This document shows positions 54,986 through 63,815 of a stretch of DNA of 64,000 bases, in pieces. A model generated the notes under the pieces. That model made no database searches, was not told where the DNA came from, and saw nothing but the letters and a program-made list of their open reading frames with translations. The first letter of the stretch is position 1; each line of letters begins with the position of its first letter. The position numbers and the translations under genes are program-made. The stretch lies in the IMG/VR virus record IMGVR_UViG_3300042261_002390, positions 1-64,000 of that record. One strand, 5' to 3'.

Positions 54986-57523
54986 ATGGCAACTAACGAC
55001 TTAAATACACTAAAAGCACTGATTGCTGAACAAGAAGCACTAAATCAATTATATCTTAATGCAACGGATATACAACAAAAAAAAGATGCAATTGAAAAGC
55101 AAATTTTAAACGATAAAATGCTTCAACGTGAGCAAGAAAGGCTTATCGGTGAAATGTTGGCTGGTAATCTTAATCTAAGTAAAGAAGACCTTAAAACGCT
55201 TAATGGACAGGTAGATAGACATCGTAAGATAAATGAATACTTGAAGGATGAAAATAAAAATCGTAAAACTGGTGTTGATTTAGTTAAAAAGTTAAATACT
55301 GGTTTATCTAAGACTTGGGAGTATTTGATGCAATCTGATAAAGTAATCAGAGAAACAATCCGTAATTTAGGCATGTCAGGTGCTAAAGCCGATGCAATGA
55401 GAAAATCATTTGAATTATCGGCAATGAATGTTGCTCGTATGGGTGGTAGTTTAGCAACAATTCAATCAGTTATGGAAGGTTATGCTGAAGAAACTGGTAG
55501 AGCACGTGCATTAACTGCTTCAATGGTTGAAGACATTACATCCATTGGACTTGGAACTGGATTAGGAATTGAGCAAGCAACCAAATTAGGCGCACAGTTT
55601 GAATTAATGGGTTTTGACGCTAGAAAAACAGCACAATATGTTCAAGGTATTGTTGATACTTCTGAAAGAATGGGTGTTAATACGACCAAAGTATTAAAAA
55701 ACTTAAACGATAACTTTAAAAAAGTCAATACATATAGCTTTAAATCAGGAAGTAAAGGAATTGCTGAAATGGCGATGAATGCTGAAAAATTTAGAGTTGA
55801 TATGAAAGATGCATTATCTGCTGCCGATGCTGCTAAAAGCCTTGAAAAAGCAATTGATTTGGCAGCAAATTTACAGGTAATGGGTGGTGAATTTGCAAAA
55901 ACAGACCCGTTAGAATGGATGTATCTTGCACGTAATGAACCAGATAAACTAACAAAAAAATTATCTGAAATGACTAGGGGTTTAGTCACGTTTAAAAAAA
56001 ATAGTGAAGGTACATTTGAAAAATTTATTAGTCCTGCTGATAGACAAAGGCTAGAAAGTGTTGCACAATCATTAGGTATTACTGCCGAACAAATGACAGA
56101 AATAACAGAAAGACGTGCAGAACTAGACTTAATGGCTAGACAATTAGCTGGAACTGGATTAACTGACAGAGAAAAAGAATTAGTTGAAGGTGCTGCAATA
56201 TTTAATGCTAAATCAGGTAAATTTGAAGTCCAATTAGCAGGTAGAATGCAAGATATATCGACATTAACAGCAAATCAAGCAAAATCATTTGTTAAAGAAC
56301 AAGCATCGTTAAAAGAAAGAGCAATGGCTGCTCAAACATTTGATGAAGCACTTAAAGCCACAATCGAGGAATTTAAAACAGTATTGCTTCCAATGCTCAA
56401 AGGTATTAATGATATGCTTAAGTGGGTTAGACCTATTGCGGTGAGTTTCAACAACTTCATTAATAGCATTACTAAAACAGATTTAGGTGGAACATTATTA
56501 AAAGCTGCTGGTTGGATGATGGCTGCAGGTTTTTTGATTAATAAAGCAGTAATAGCTTTTAGTTTAAGCGGTAAAGGACTTGGCGAAAGGTTGATTGATA
56601 AAATATCAGGTAATGGTACAAAAACTACAGGATTAGGTGGGTATATAAACCAAAGAAGTGCAGCTAGAAAAGCTAGATTAGCTACTGGTGGTGGAATTAG
56701 TAATCCAAATGCGGGAAAAGGATTAATGCGTGGTGGTACTGGTATAGGTGCTGCTGCACTTGGTATAGGTGCTGGTATAGGTGCTGCTGCTGCAGGTATT
56801 AGTTTATTAGCAGATTCTATGTCAAAATTAACACCACAACAAGCAGAAACATTAAAAAGTATTGTAAGTTCTATTGGGTGGTTTGTAGTTGGTGGCATAG
56901 CTGCTGCAGTTGGAATTAGTTTAATTGGTAAAAGTGCTGAATTATCTGCTGCTGGTTTAGGTATGTTATCATTAACTGCAATAAGTATTGGTGCTGCAAT
57001 GGTTGGCGTTGGGTTTGGTATTAAATTAGCTGCTGATGGTTTAGCTAATTTAGTCATTTCAAGCAAAGGTGCTGGCACAGATATGTTAAAAGTTGCCGGA
57101 GGTATTGCAGCAATTGGGGCATCTTTAGCTATGTTTAGTTTCGGTGGTATTGGTTTAGGAGTTTTTGCTGCAACAATGGCAACTATTGCATTAACAACAC
57201 CAGCCTTAGTTAAAGCAGGAACAGCATTTGAGCAAATGGGTAATGCAGTACTAAATTTAAAAGGTACAAAAGAAGACTTTGTTGCAATTCAAAATGCAGT
57301 TGAATCAATATCTAAAGCGAATAATAAAGGTGGAGGTATGTTAGCTGAATTAGCAACATTATTAAAATCTCCATTAAAGGTAGAATTTGTTGACAAAAAT
57401 GTTGCAGTTGTAAGTGATATAACATTAAACATTGATGGTCAGAAGTTTATGCAAAAAGTTTATAAAGCACCTGCTGCTGTTCAAAAAAATGTTGAGGCAA
57501 AAACACAAGGTTTACCGGGCTAA
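54986..57523 (+). CDS. Tape measure protein
   Basis: 845 aa, Ala/Gly-rich helical protein with hydrophobic stretches; follows the chaperone pair; precedes baseplate genes. Confidence 0.85.
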   Translation: MATNDLNTLKALIAEQEALNQLYLNATDIQQKKDAIEKQILNDKMLQREQERLIGEMLAGNLNLSKEDLKTLNGQVDRHRKINEYLKDENKNRKTGVDLVKKLNTGLSKTWEYLMQSDKVIRETIRNLGMSGAKADAMRKSFELSAMNVARMGGSLATIQSVMEGYAEETGRARALTASMVEDITSIGLGTGLGIEQATKLGAQFELMGFDARKTAQYVQGIVDTSERMGVNTTKVLKNLNDNFKKVNTYSFKSGSKGIAEMAMNAEKFRVDMKDALSAADAAKSLEKAIDLAANLQVMGGEFAKTDPLEWMYLARNEPDKLTKKLSEMTRGLVTFKKNSEGTFEKFISPADRQRLESVAQSLGITAEQMTEITERRAELDLMARQLAGTGLTDREKELVEGAAIFNAKSGKFEVQLAGRMQDISTLTANQAKSFVKEQASLKERAMAAQTFDEALKATIEEFKTVLLPMLKGINDMLKWVRPIAVSFNNFINSITKTDLGGTLLKAAGWMMAAGFLINKAVIAFSLSGKGLGERLIDKISGNGTKTTGLGGYINQRSAARKARLATGGGISNPNAGKGLMRGGTGIGAAALGIGAGIGAAAAGISLLADSMSKLTPQQAETLKSIVSSIGWFVVGGIAAAVGISLIGKSAELSAAGLGMLSLTAISIGAAMVGVGFGIKLAADGLANLVISSKGAGTDMLKVAGGIAAIGASLAMFSFGGIGLGVFAATMATIALTTPALVKAGTAFEQMGNAVLNLKGTKEDFVAIQNAVESISKANNKGGGMLAELATLLKSPLKVEFVDKNVAVVSDITLNIDGQKFMQKVYKAPAAVQKNVEAKTQGLPG

Positions 57524-57941
57524 AAGTGTTAAAAAATGTTAAAAAATGGCATATTTGAGAAAATCACTAGAATATGTCATTTTTTTCTTGTAACTTTGAC
57601 GCAGTTTTGCTTCGCTCACGCAAGCTTCCGCTACACAACACAGCTTTTCTCGCTTCTTCGAAACCAGAAACAAACTTACAATGTTTGTGATTTGATTTAA
57701 AAATCGAACCAAAACTTGAAATAAAAGGATAGCTATGCTCATATTGTAACCAATATTCAAAAATAAAATCAAAAGTAATAAATTTATTTGAAAAATTGAA
57801 TAATTATAATTAAATCCCAATTATTGTTTTAGTATATATTGTTGATATCACTAGCTCCGGGTTTGGAGTAGACTCCGGCAATGTAAAATTAGATATTATA
57901 AATTTAATATGCAAGTATTTATTTTAAAATATCACATTTTA

Positions 57942-60900
57942 ATGGCACTTCAAGATAATAGAACAAATTCAAGATTATTAACAAGCACTAGCGTTTTAAG
58001 GGAAAAGCTAAATTCTCGTAATTTATATACACCAAATGTTGAATATCCTCTTAGTAATGATAATAATGTTAATAAAACGGTTAGTGCAATAAATACCATT
58101 ATTGCTGGATTAACACCGTTCAAGTCGTATAATCTTGAAAACACTGTTTATGGTAGAATAATAAATAATGAAACTCCATTGGCAACAATTGGTTTGGCTA
58201 TGTTGGGTAAACAAATGGCATTAAATTCAATGTCAAGTATTGCTCAAGAGAATTTTCCAAAAATAAATGTGGCAAATCTTTTTGATAAAGATAGTTCAAC
58301 TAAATTATTCACCAAACAGATTGATTATAGTGTAACCATTAAAACTGGTACTACTGCATTTAGTAGATTTTTAAGTTCTGCTGTATATTGGTATCCTCAG
58401 AAAAATAATCCATTTAAGCCAACATCAATTAACTCTGATTATATTCAACAGACAGGTATTGGACAATTAAAAAGTTTATATTCTTTAGTTAATAAAAATA
58501 TATATAAACCTGACGACACGGATGAGATTAATAGTACTTTTTATTCATATGCCGATGTTGCTGGTGTTACTATTTTGCCTAGAATAAGTATTGTGGCTAA
58601 TAGAAAATATTATGATGCCATAAAATATGCCCCATACAGTCCATTTTATAGTATCTCTGTTTCAGCTATTGTTATTGCTGATAGTAATATGATTAATTCT
58701 GTTAGTACTGAATATAATACAGAATATGCACCAAATAATTCATATGTTGAATCGTATTTTGGAAAAACTAAATTAAATAATGACGCTAAATTAAATTCAA
58801 TTTCCAATACTTGGATTGATGACGAAACTCCATTTAAAAATGATGGTCTTACTAATAAAATTGTTTGGGGTAGAGATGGTATTATTGATGAAGTAAATAA
58901 AAGTTCATCTGATTTAAGAGGTTTAGATGAAGATACATATTCTAATTTTCAAATACAGGATTTAACTGAAAAATTCAATGTAAGAGGCGGGTTATTAGAA
59001 TATACCAGAAATTTAATAAATGCTACTGAAGGTAAAATTGGTGATTTAACTAGAAAAGCGTTTCTTAATAATAATAATGAACCAATCGGTTTTAATGGTT
59101 CTGCATTATGGAATGCATCAGCCAATTCATTACCTTCATTTGCTGGTAAAACAGGTGTACGTCAACATTCTGTATTAGACCCTTATAATCGATTTGCTAA
59201 AGCAATTAGATTTGATGGCAATAGTGTATATAATGGTAATCCGGATTCAGTTATTTATAATTCAGTAATGCCTAGAATTCACCCAACTATTAATGACAAT
59301 GGTAATGGTATAAATAACAAAAACCTAATGTTTAGTATTGAAAATCTAGCCATTAACGTAATTAGTAAAGAGGGATATGGTATTATTGACGATGAATATG
59401 GCTCACAAATTCCATTAGAAGAAGTAGGTCCTTTTAATGGTCGTATTATGTGGTTTCCACCATATGCTATTGACATTAATGAAACAGCAACAGCTAAATT
59501 TGAACCAACTGTAATGGTGGGTAGAAATGAACCGATGTATAATTACATGAATTCTGAAAGAAGTGCAACATTAAATTTTAGTTTGTTAATTGACTATCCA
59601 CCACAAGTAAAAAATTTAACATCGCAAAAGGAAATTGCAGAATTTTTTGCATATGGTACGATTTTTAATGATGAAAAAAAATATGCAAGTAATCTTGAGA
59701 GTAAAATGACTTCTCTTCAGAATCAAATTGATAATATTCTTAATAGAAGAGATATTAAGTTTAATGAAATTAAAATTCCAGATGCAATTTCAATATATTT
59801 TACAAATGATTCACCTAAAGTTGGTGAAGAAAGTACTATTATTGATAAGATGTATGGCAATTATGCGTATGAAATTACATCACAAGTATTATCAAAAGTT
59901 GATAATAATAGTTATGGATATAATAAACCTGTATATTTTATAAGCGGGTTAACTTCTTATGATTATAGTGGTAAAACTATGTATCAATTCACATCAACAC
60001 CTTCATTTTCACAATATACTATGAGTGGTTTAACAGACCAATTTGGCATTGTTGAATTAAATAAAATGTTAAAAGATACTTATGAAAACGAAGAAAATCG
60101 AAAATATTATGATATTGCAATACATGGTGGTGCAACTAAATTATATACTGAAGCTAATCCGAACGATATTCAGGCTGAAATTGATTATAATAAAAAATTA
60201 GGACAGCGTAGAGCAGATGCCGCTAAAATATTAATTACTAAAAGATTGGAAGCAATGTTTGGCAAACCAATTAATCAATTAGGAATTAATATTAGTAGTG
60301 TCTCAAGTGTTGGAAGTAGTCAAGCAAGTCCAAATAATGCAACAGCAGCAGCAATATCTACATCGGAAGCAAAACAAGAAAGATATGCAAGAATAAGAAT
60401 CGTTAGAAATTCAACACCATATCAGCCAAAGCTTGATAAATTGACATCTGATGAACAAGCAACTGTTGATAAATTAAAAAGTGAAATTGAGGCAATTAAA
60501 ACTCAGTTAAGTCTTCTTCAAAATAATTCATCAACAATGATGAAAGAAAGAAGAGAAGATAAAACTGCAATTTTAGATGGTTTTAAATCAATAAAAGATA
60601 ATTATTTATATCCAGCATTTCATTCACAAACCCCGGAAGATTTTCATAAGCGTTTAACCTTCTTGCAACAATGTACTAGACAGGGTTCGGCTAAAAGATA
60701 TGATGTAAAACCTGATGCAAATGGTATTTTAAGAGCTAGAAATTCAGTGTTTGGTCGTCAACCAATATGTATTTTAAGAATTGGTGATTTTTATTATACT
60801 AAAGTGATTATTGAAACTATTAATTTTGATTATAGTGATACTACTTGGGATATGAATCCCGAAGGCTTTGGTATGCAGCCAATGATGGCTAAAATTACTT

Positions 60901-61145
60901 TAACTATGAAAATATTGGGTGGTCAATCATTGAAAGGACCTGTCGATGCATTGCAAAATGCAGTTTCGTTTAATTATTATGCTAATTCAAGTTATACTGA
61001 TAAGGGCATGTATTTATTACCTTCAGCAATGGCTGCTTTAAATGATAGTTATCGTAACGGAATTGATACTGCTAATATGTCAAGTGTCGATAATATTAAT
61101 ATAACAGGTAAATTTATTACGAGAAATTTAAATAATACTGAATAA
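57942..61145 (+). CDS. Tail-tube initiator/baseplate protein (gp48/gp54-like) with inserted OmpA-like domain
   Basis: MWFPPY...GRNEPMYNYMNSERSATLNF and QPICILRIGD...VIIETINFDY...PMMAKITLTM tube-fold blocks flank IYFTND...YNKKLGQRRA...RYARIRI; start MALQD at 57942 follows the late motif (57914). Confidence 0.65.
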   Translation: MALQDNRTNSRLLTSTSVLREKLNSRNLYTPNVEYPLSNDNNVNKTVSAINTIIAGLTPFKSYNLENTVYGRIINNETPLATIGLAMLGKQMALNSMSSIAQENFPKINVANLFDKDSSTKLFTKQIDYSVTIKTGTTAFSRFLSSAVYWYPQKNNPFKPTSINSDYIQQTGIGQLKSLYSLVNKNIYKPDDTDEINSTFYSYADVAGVTILPRISIVANRKYYDAIKYAPYSPFYSISVSAIVIADSNMINSVSTEYNTEYAPNNSYVESYFGKTKLNNDAKLNSISNTWIDDETPFKNDGLTNKIVWGRDGIIDEVNKSSSDLRGLDEDTYSNFQIQDLTEKFNVRGGLLEYTRNLINATEGKIGDLTRKAFLNNNNEPIGFNGSALWNASANSLPSFAGKTGVRQHSVLDPYNRFAKAIRFDGNSVYNGNPDSVIYNSVMPRIHPTINDNGNGINNKNLMFSIENLAINVISKEGYGIIDDEYGSQIPLEEVGPFNGRIMWFPPYAIDINETATAKFEPTVMVGRNEPMYNYMNSERSATLNFSLLIDYPPQVKNLTSQKEIAEFFAYGTIFNDEKKYASNLESKMTSLQNQIDNILNRRDIKFNEIKIPDAISIYFTNDSPKVGEESTIIDKMYGNYAYEITSQVLSKVDNNSYGYNKPVYFISGLTSYDYSGKTMYQFTSTPSFSQYTMSGLTDQFGIVELNKMLKDTYENEENRKYYDIAIHGGATKLYTEANPNDIQAEIDYNKKLGQRRADAAKILITKRLEAMFGKPINQLGINISSVSSVGSSQASPNNATAAAISTSEAKQERYARIRIVRNSTPYQPKLDKLTSDEQATVDKLKSEIEAIKTQLSLLQNNSSTMMKERREDKTAILDGFKSIKDNYLYPAFHSQTPEDFHKRLTFLQQCTRQGSAKRYDVKPDANGILRARNSVFGRQPICILRIGDFYYTKVIIETINFDYSDTTWDMNPEGFGMQPMMAKITLTMKILGGQSLKGPVDALQNAVSFNYYANSSYTDKGMYLLPSAMAALNDSYRNGIDTANMSSVDNINITGKFITRNLNNTE

Positions 61146-61146
61146 A

Positions 61147-61461
61147 ATGCCATACATAGACTATAATAGATATGCAATACTCCAAAATACAAATGGTACT
61201 ACTGATGCAATGCCATTTGTAAATCTTCCTATAAATCAGAGTGATAAATATGAATATTGGAGTTCAGTAACGAGCAGAATGGATAAATTATCTCAAAAAT
61301 ATTATGGAAATCCATTTTACGATTTCTTGATATTATATGCTAATCCAGAATATGTTTCAGAATTTGATATTTCTGACGGTGCTCTTATTAGAATACCATT
61401 TCCTTTGGCTAAAGTAAAGGCTGATTATGAGGCAACATTAACACAATATAAAAAACAATAA
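61147..61461 (+). CDS. LysM-like baseplate wedge protein (gp53/P2 X-like)
   Basis: RMDKLSQKYYGNP...ILYANP...GALIRIP. Confidence 0.8.
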   Translation: MPYIDYNRYAILQNTNGTTDAMPFVNLPINQSDKYEYWSSVTSRMDKLSQKYYGNPFYDFLILYANPEYVSEFDISDGALIRIPFPLAKVKADYEATLTQYKKQ

Positions 61462-61464
61462 TTC

Positions 61465-61495
61465 TTGCATATTTCATTTTTAATTAATATGTTTG
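61465..61495 (+). promoter_or_regulatory. Bacteroidota-type promoter (TTG-N20-TATGTTTG)
   Basis: TTG 61465-67, TATGTTTG 61488-95, upstream of the glycosyltransferase cluster. Confidence 0.6.
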
Positions 61496-61526
61496 CAGTT
61501 GCAATATACTGCAAACATATTTTTTT
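61487..61526 (+). terminator. 13-bp hairpin (terminator or operator) overlapping the promoter
   Basis: ATATGTTTGCAGT-TGCAATAT-ACTGCAAACATAT-TTTTTT. Confidence 0.6.
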
Positions 61527-62213
61527 ATGAAAAAAACAAAAATTATTGTTATTTTTTCTTCACATTTAACTGAAGATGAGAATAATAAATTTATAAAGCA
61601 TGTTTCGGACACTATTGGTGTTAACCATATTGTAGTCTGTTATCCAAATTTTAATCAATTTAGCTTACCTCAGATTTACAATACTGCACATCGTGAACAT
61701 TATAGTGATGATTCAATAATGGTTTTTTGTCATAACGATATTACGTTTAAGACAAATAATTGGGGTAGATTATTGCTTACTAAATTTAATAGTACTGATT
61801 TTGATATTATAGGTGTTGCTGGAAGTACATATTTAGCTGAAAATGGGGTTTGGTGGGATGATAAAAGTAAGATGTTTGGTATTGTTGAACATACTGACAG
61901 TATTAATACTTGGACAAGTGAATACTCTAAACATATTCCCGGGTACATTAAACCTGTTGTTTTAGTTGATGGTTTGTTTATCGCAGTAAATTACGATAAC
62001 ATTACTAATGATTGGGATGAAGATTTTAAAGGATTTCACTATTACGATATTTCATTTGGATTTAATAATGTATTGAGTGGTAATAATATTGGTGTAACTA
62101 CTGATATTAGAATATTACATCAATCAATTGGTATGGTTAACGAGCAGTGGGAAGAAAATAGAAAATTATTTATTAAAAAATATAAAAATTATTTGCCATA
62201 TTCTATTAAATAA
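61527..62213 (+). CDS. Glycosyltransferase (GT2-like)
   Basis: SLPQIYN, VFCHNDI, IIGVAG, VVLVDGLFIA, GFHYYDISF. Confidence 0.85.
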   Translation: MKKTKIIVIFSSHLTEDENNKFIKHVSDTIGVNHIVVCYPNFNQFSLPQIYNTAHREHYSDDSIMVFCHNDITFKTNNWGRLLLTKFNSTDFDIIGVAGSTYLAENGVWWDDKSKMFGIVEHTDSINTWTSEYSKHIPGYIKPVVLVDGLFIAVNYDNITNDWDEDFKGFHYYDISFGFNNVLSGNNIGVTTDIRILHQSIGMVNEQWEENRKLFIKKYKNYLPYSIK

Positions 62214-62246
62214 ATATAAACATAAACTACTAATAACATATGAAGA

Positions 62247-62876
62247 ATGATACAAGTAGATAAAATTGAAGACGGATTGCCAGTTAGTGTAATTGTTCCA
62301 TTAAGTAAACAAAGAAAGGATTTTTTCGAGAATATGGTTCTACCATTGATTGAAGCAAATGGGGTTAATGAAATCATTATCAACGATGATGAGGGTTCAG
62401 CACCTAAAAAAAGAAATGATGGTTTTAAACGTTCTACTCAACCATATGTGTTTTTTTGTGATGATGATATTTTATTGCCAGCAGACTATATTGGAGCATT
62501 GTACGAAAAACTTGAAAATAATCCTGATGTTTCATTCGTATATACCGGATATCACGGAATAGTATTATACCCTGAAACACACCCAATGCGTGGAAATTTT
62601 CAGATTCCTAATATTGAATTTAATAAGTCTGCATTAATGCAGGGAAATTATATTTCGACCATGACATTAATGCGCCGGGAAGTATTTCCGATGTTTGATG
62701 AAAATTTAAAAAGATTACAGGATTGGGATGTCTTTTTAACTATTGTTAAAAATGGTGGCAAGGGAATGCTTGTGCCAAATCAGACATTTTATGCATATTA
62801 TTTAGATTCTGGTATTACTTCAAACAACAATAATGAAATTGATGCAGTCTTTGCTATAAGAAAAAAACATTTTTAA
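62247..62876 (+). CDS. Glycosyltransferase family 2
   Basis: VSVIVP, APKKRNDG, FFCDDDI, FDENLKRLQDWD. Confidence 0.92.
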   Translation: MIQVDKIEDGLPVSVIVPLSKQRKDFFENMVLPLIEANGVNEIIINDDEGSAPKKRNDGFKRSTQPYVFFCDDDILLPADYIGALYEKLENNPDVSFVYTGYHGIVLYPETHPMRGNFQIPNIEFNKSALMQGNYISTMTLMRREVFPMFDENLKRLQDWDVFLTIVKNGGKGMLVPNQTFYAYYLDSGITSNNNNEIDAVFAIRKKHF

Positions 62877-62879
62877 ATT

Positions 62880-63815
62880 GTGAAAAGGTCTAATATCAAT
62901 AAAAAAGAATTAATTGCTAGAAAAATTAAATACAGACATGAACAAAATTTGTTTCTGAATAATATGAATGATAGAGATTTAAGACGATTTAATAAAATTG
63001 AACCAAAACCTGATGTAACCGGATTAAGTCGTGGGGATAGACGAAGTGGAAACTATTTGGATTTAGTTGAAAATAATTATATTAAAAAAGAAAATGTCGA
63101 TGTTGATATTGTAATTTGTATTCCATCACACGATAGATATGAAAAATTAAAAAGAATTATTGAACAAATAAAAGATTCTAATTCAAAATATAGTTATTTA
63201 ATTGTTATATTAAATGATGGGTCATCTGATGAAAGATATAATACGTTAGTTAATGAATACCCAAATATTATTCAGATAGTAAATAGCGTTCCGAATGGTA
63301 AAGCATTACACTGGTTTTGTTATAATCAAATGTGGAATGTTTTAAAAGGTTGTATTTGTCATGCTGTTTTACAAATGGATGATGATTTTATATTGTGTGA
63401 CAATTTTCTTGATATAATTGTTGATTTATTTTTTGAAAAGAAAAATGTTAATAGTAGAATTATGGCAATTTCACCTCATCTATGGTCATTTAAAAAAGCT
63501 TGTAAATATGAGTCGTGGTGGAATAGAAATGATTTGATTGATGGTATTGCATTGATTGATTATGATGTTATAAAATATTTGAATTTTGAATTACAGCCAG
63601 TAAATGCTAAGGATGTAATTAAACCGGGTGTACAAGTGAGAGCATGGACACAAATTTCTATGGGAATTAAAATGTATAGAGGCATTATTTTTAGAACATC
63701 CGAATCGTTGGTTTTCCATGACGGTAATGAAGATTCTAAATTACATGGTGATTTTAGAAAAGTAAAAAAAATATATACACATAATTTTATTAATAAAAAT
63801 ATTGAATATGATTAG
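62880..63815 (+). CDS. Glycosyltransferase family 2-like
   Basis: IVICIPSHDRYEKL, ILNDGSSD, LQMDDDF. Confidence 0.85.
   Translation: MKRSNINKKELIARKIKYRHEQNLFLNNMNDRDLRRFNKIEPKPDVTGLSRGDRRSGNYLDLVENNYIKKENVDVDIVICIPSHDRYEKLKRIIEQIKDSNSKYSYLIVILNDGSSDERYNTLVNEYPNIIQIVNSVPNGKALHWFCYNQMWNVLKGCICHAVLQMDDDFILCDNFLDIIVDLFFEKKNVNSRIMAISPHLWSFKKACKYESWWNRNDLIDGIALIDYDVIKYLNFELQPVNAKDVIKPGVQVRAWTQISMGIKMYRGIIFRTSESLVFHDGNEDSKLHGDFRKVKKIYTHNFINKNIEYD

Noticed and set aside
10751-57700. tRNA genes in the GC-rich intergenic patches (10751-10825, 57601-57680)
   Set aside because: No cloverleaf, no T-loop GTTCRA, no CCA end
57539-57820. 93-aa minus-strand ORF in the large intergenic gap
   Set aside because: Composition mirrors AT tracts and the GC hairpin island; no plausible start context; more likely non-coding
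561-61948. Many short antisense or overlapping ORFs in the track (e.g. 561-902, 8206-8499, 14321-14956, 28208-28762, 56332-57078)
   Set aside because: They are shadows of long, well-supported genes on the other strand or frame; no independent motifs or promoters
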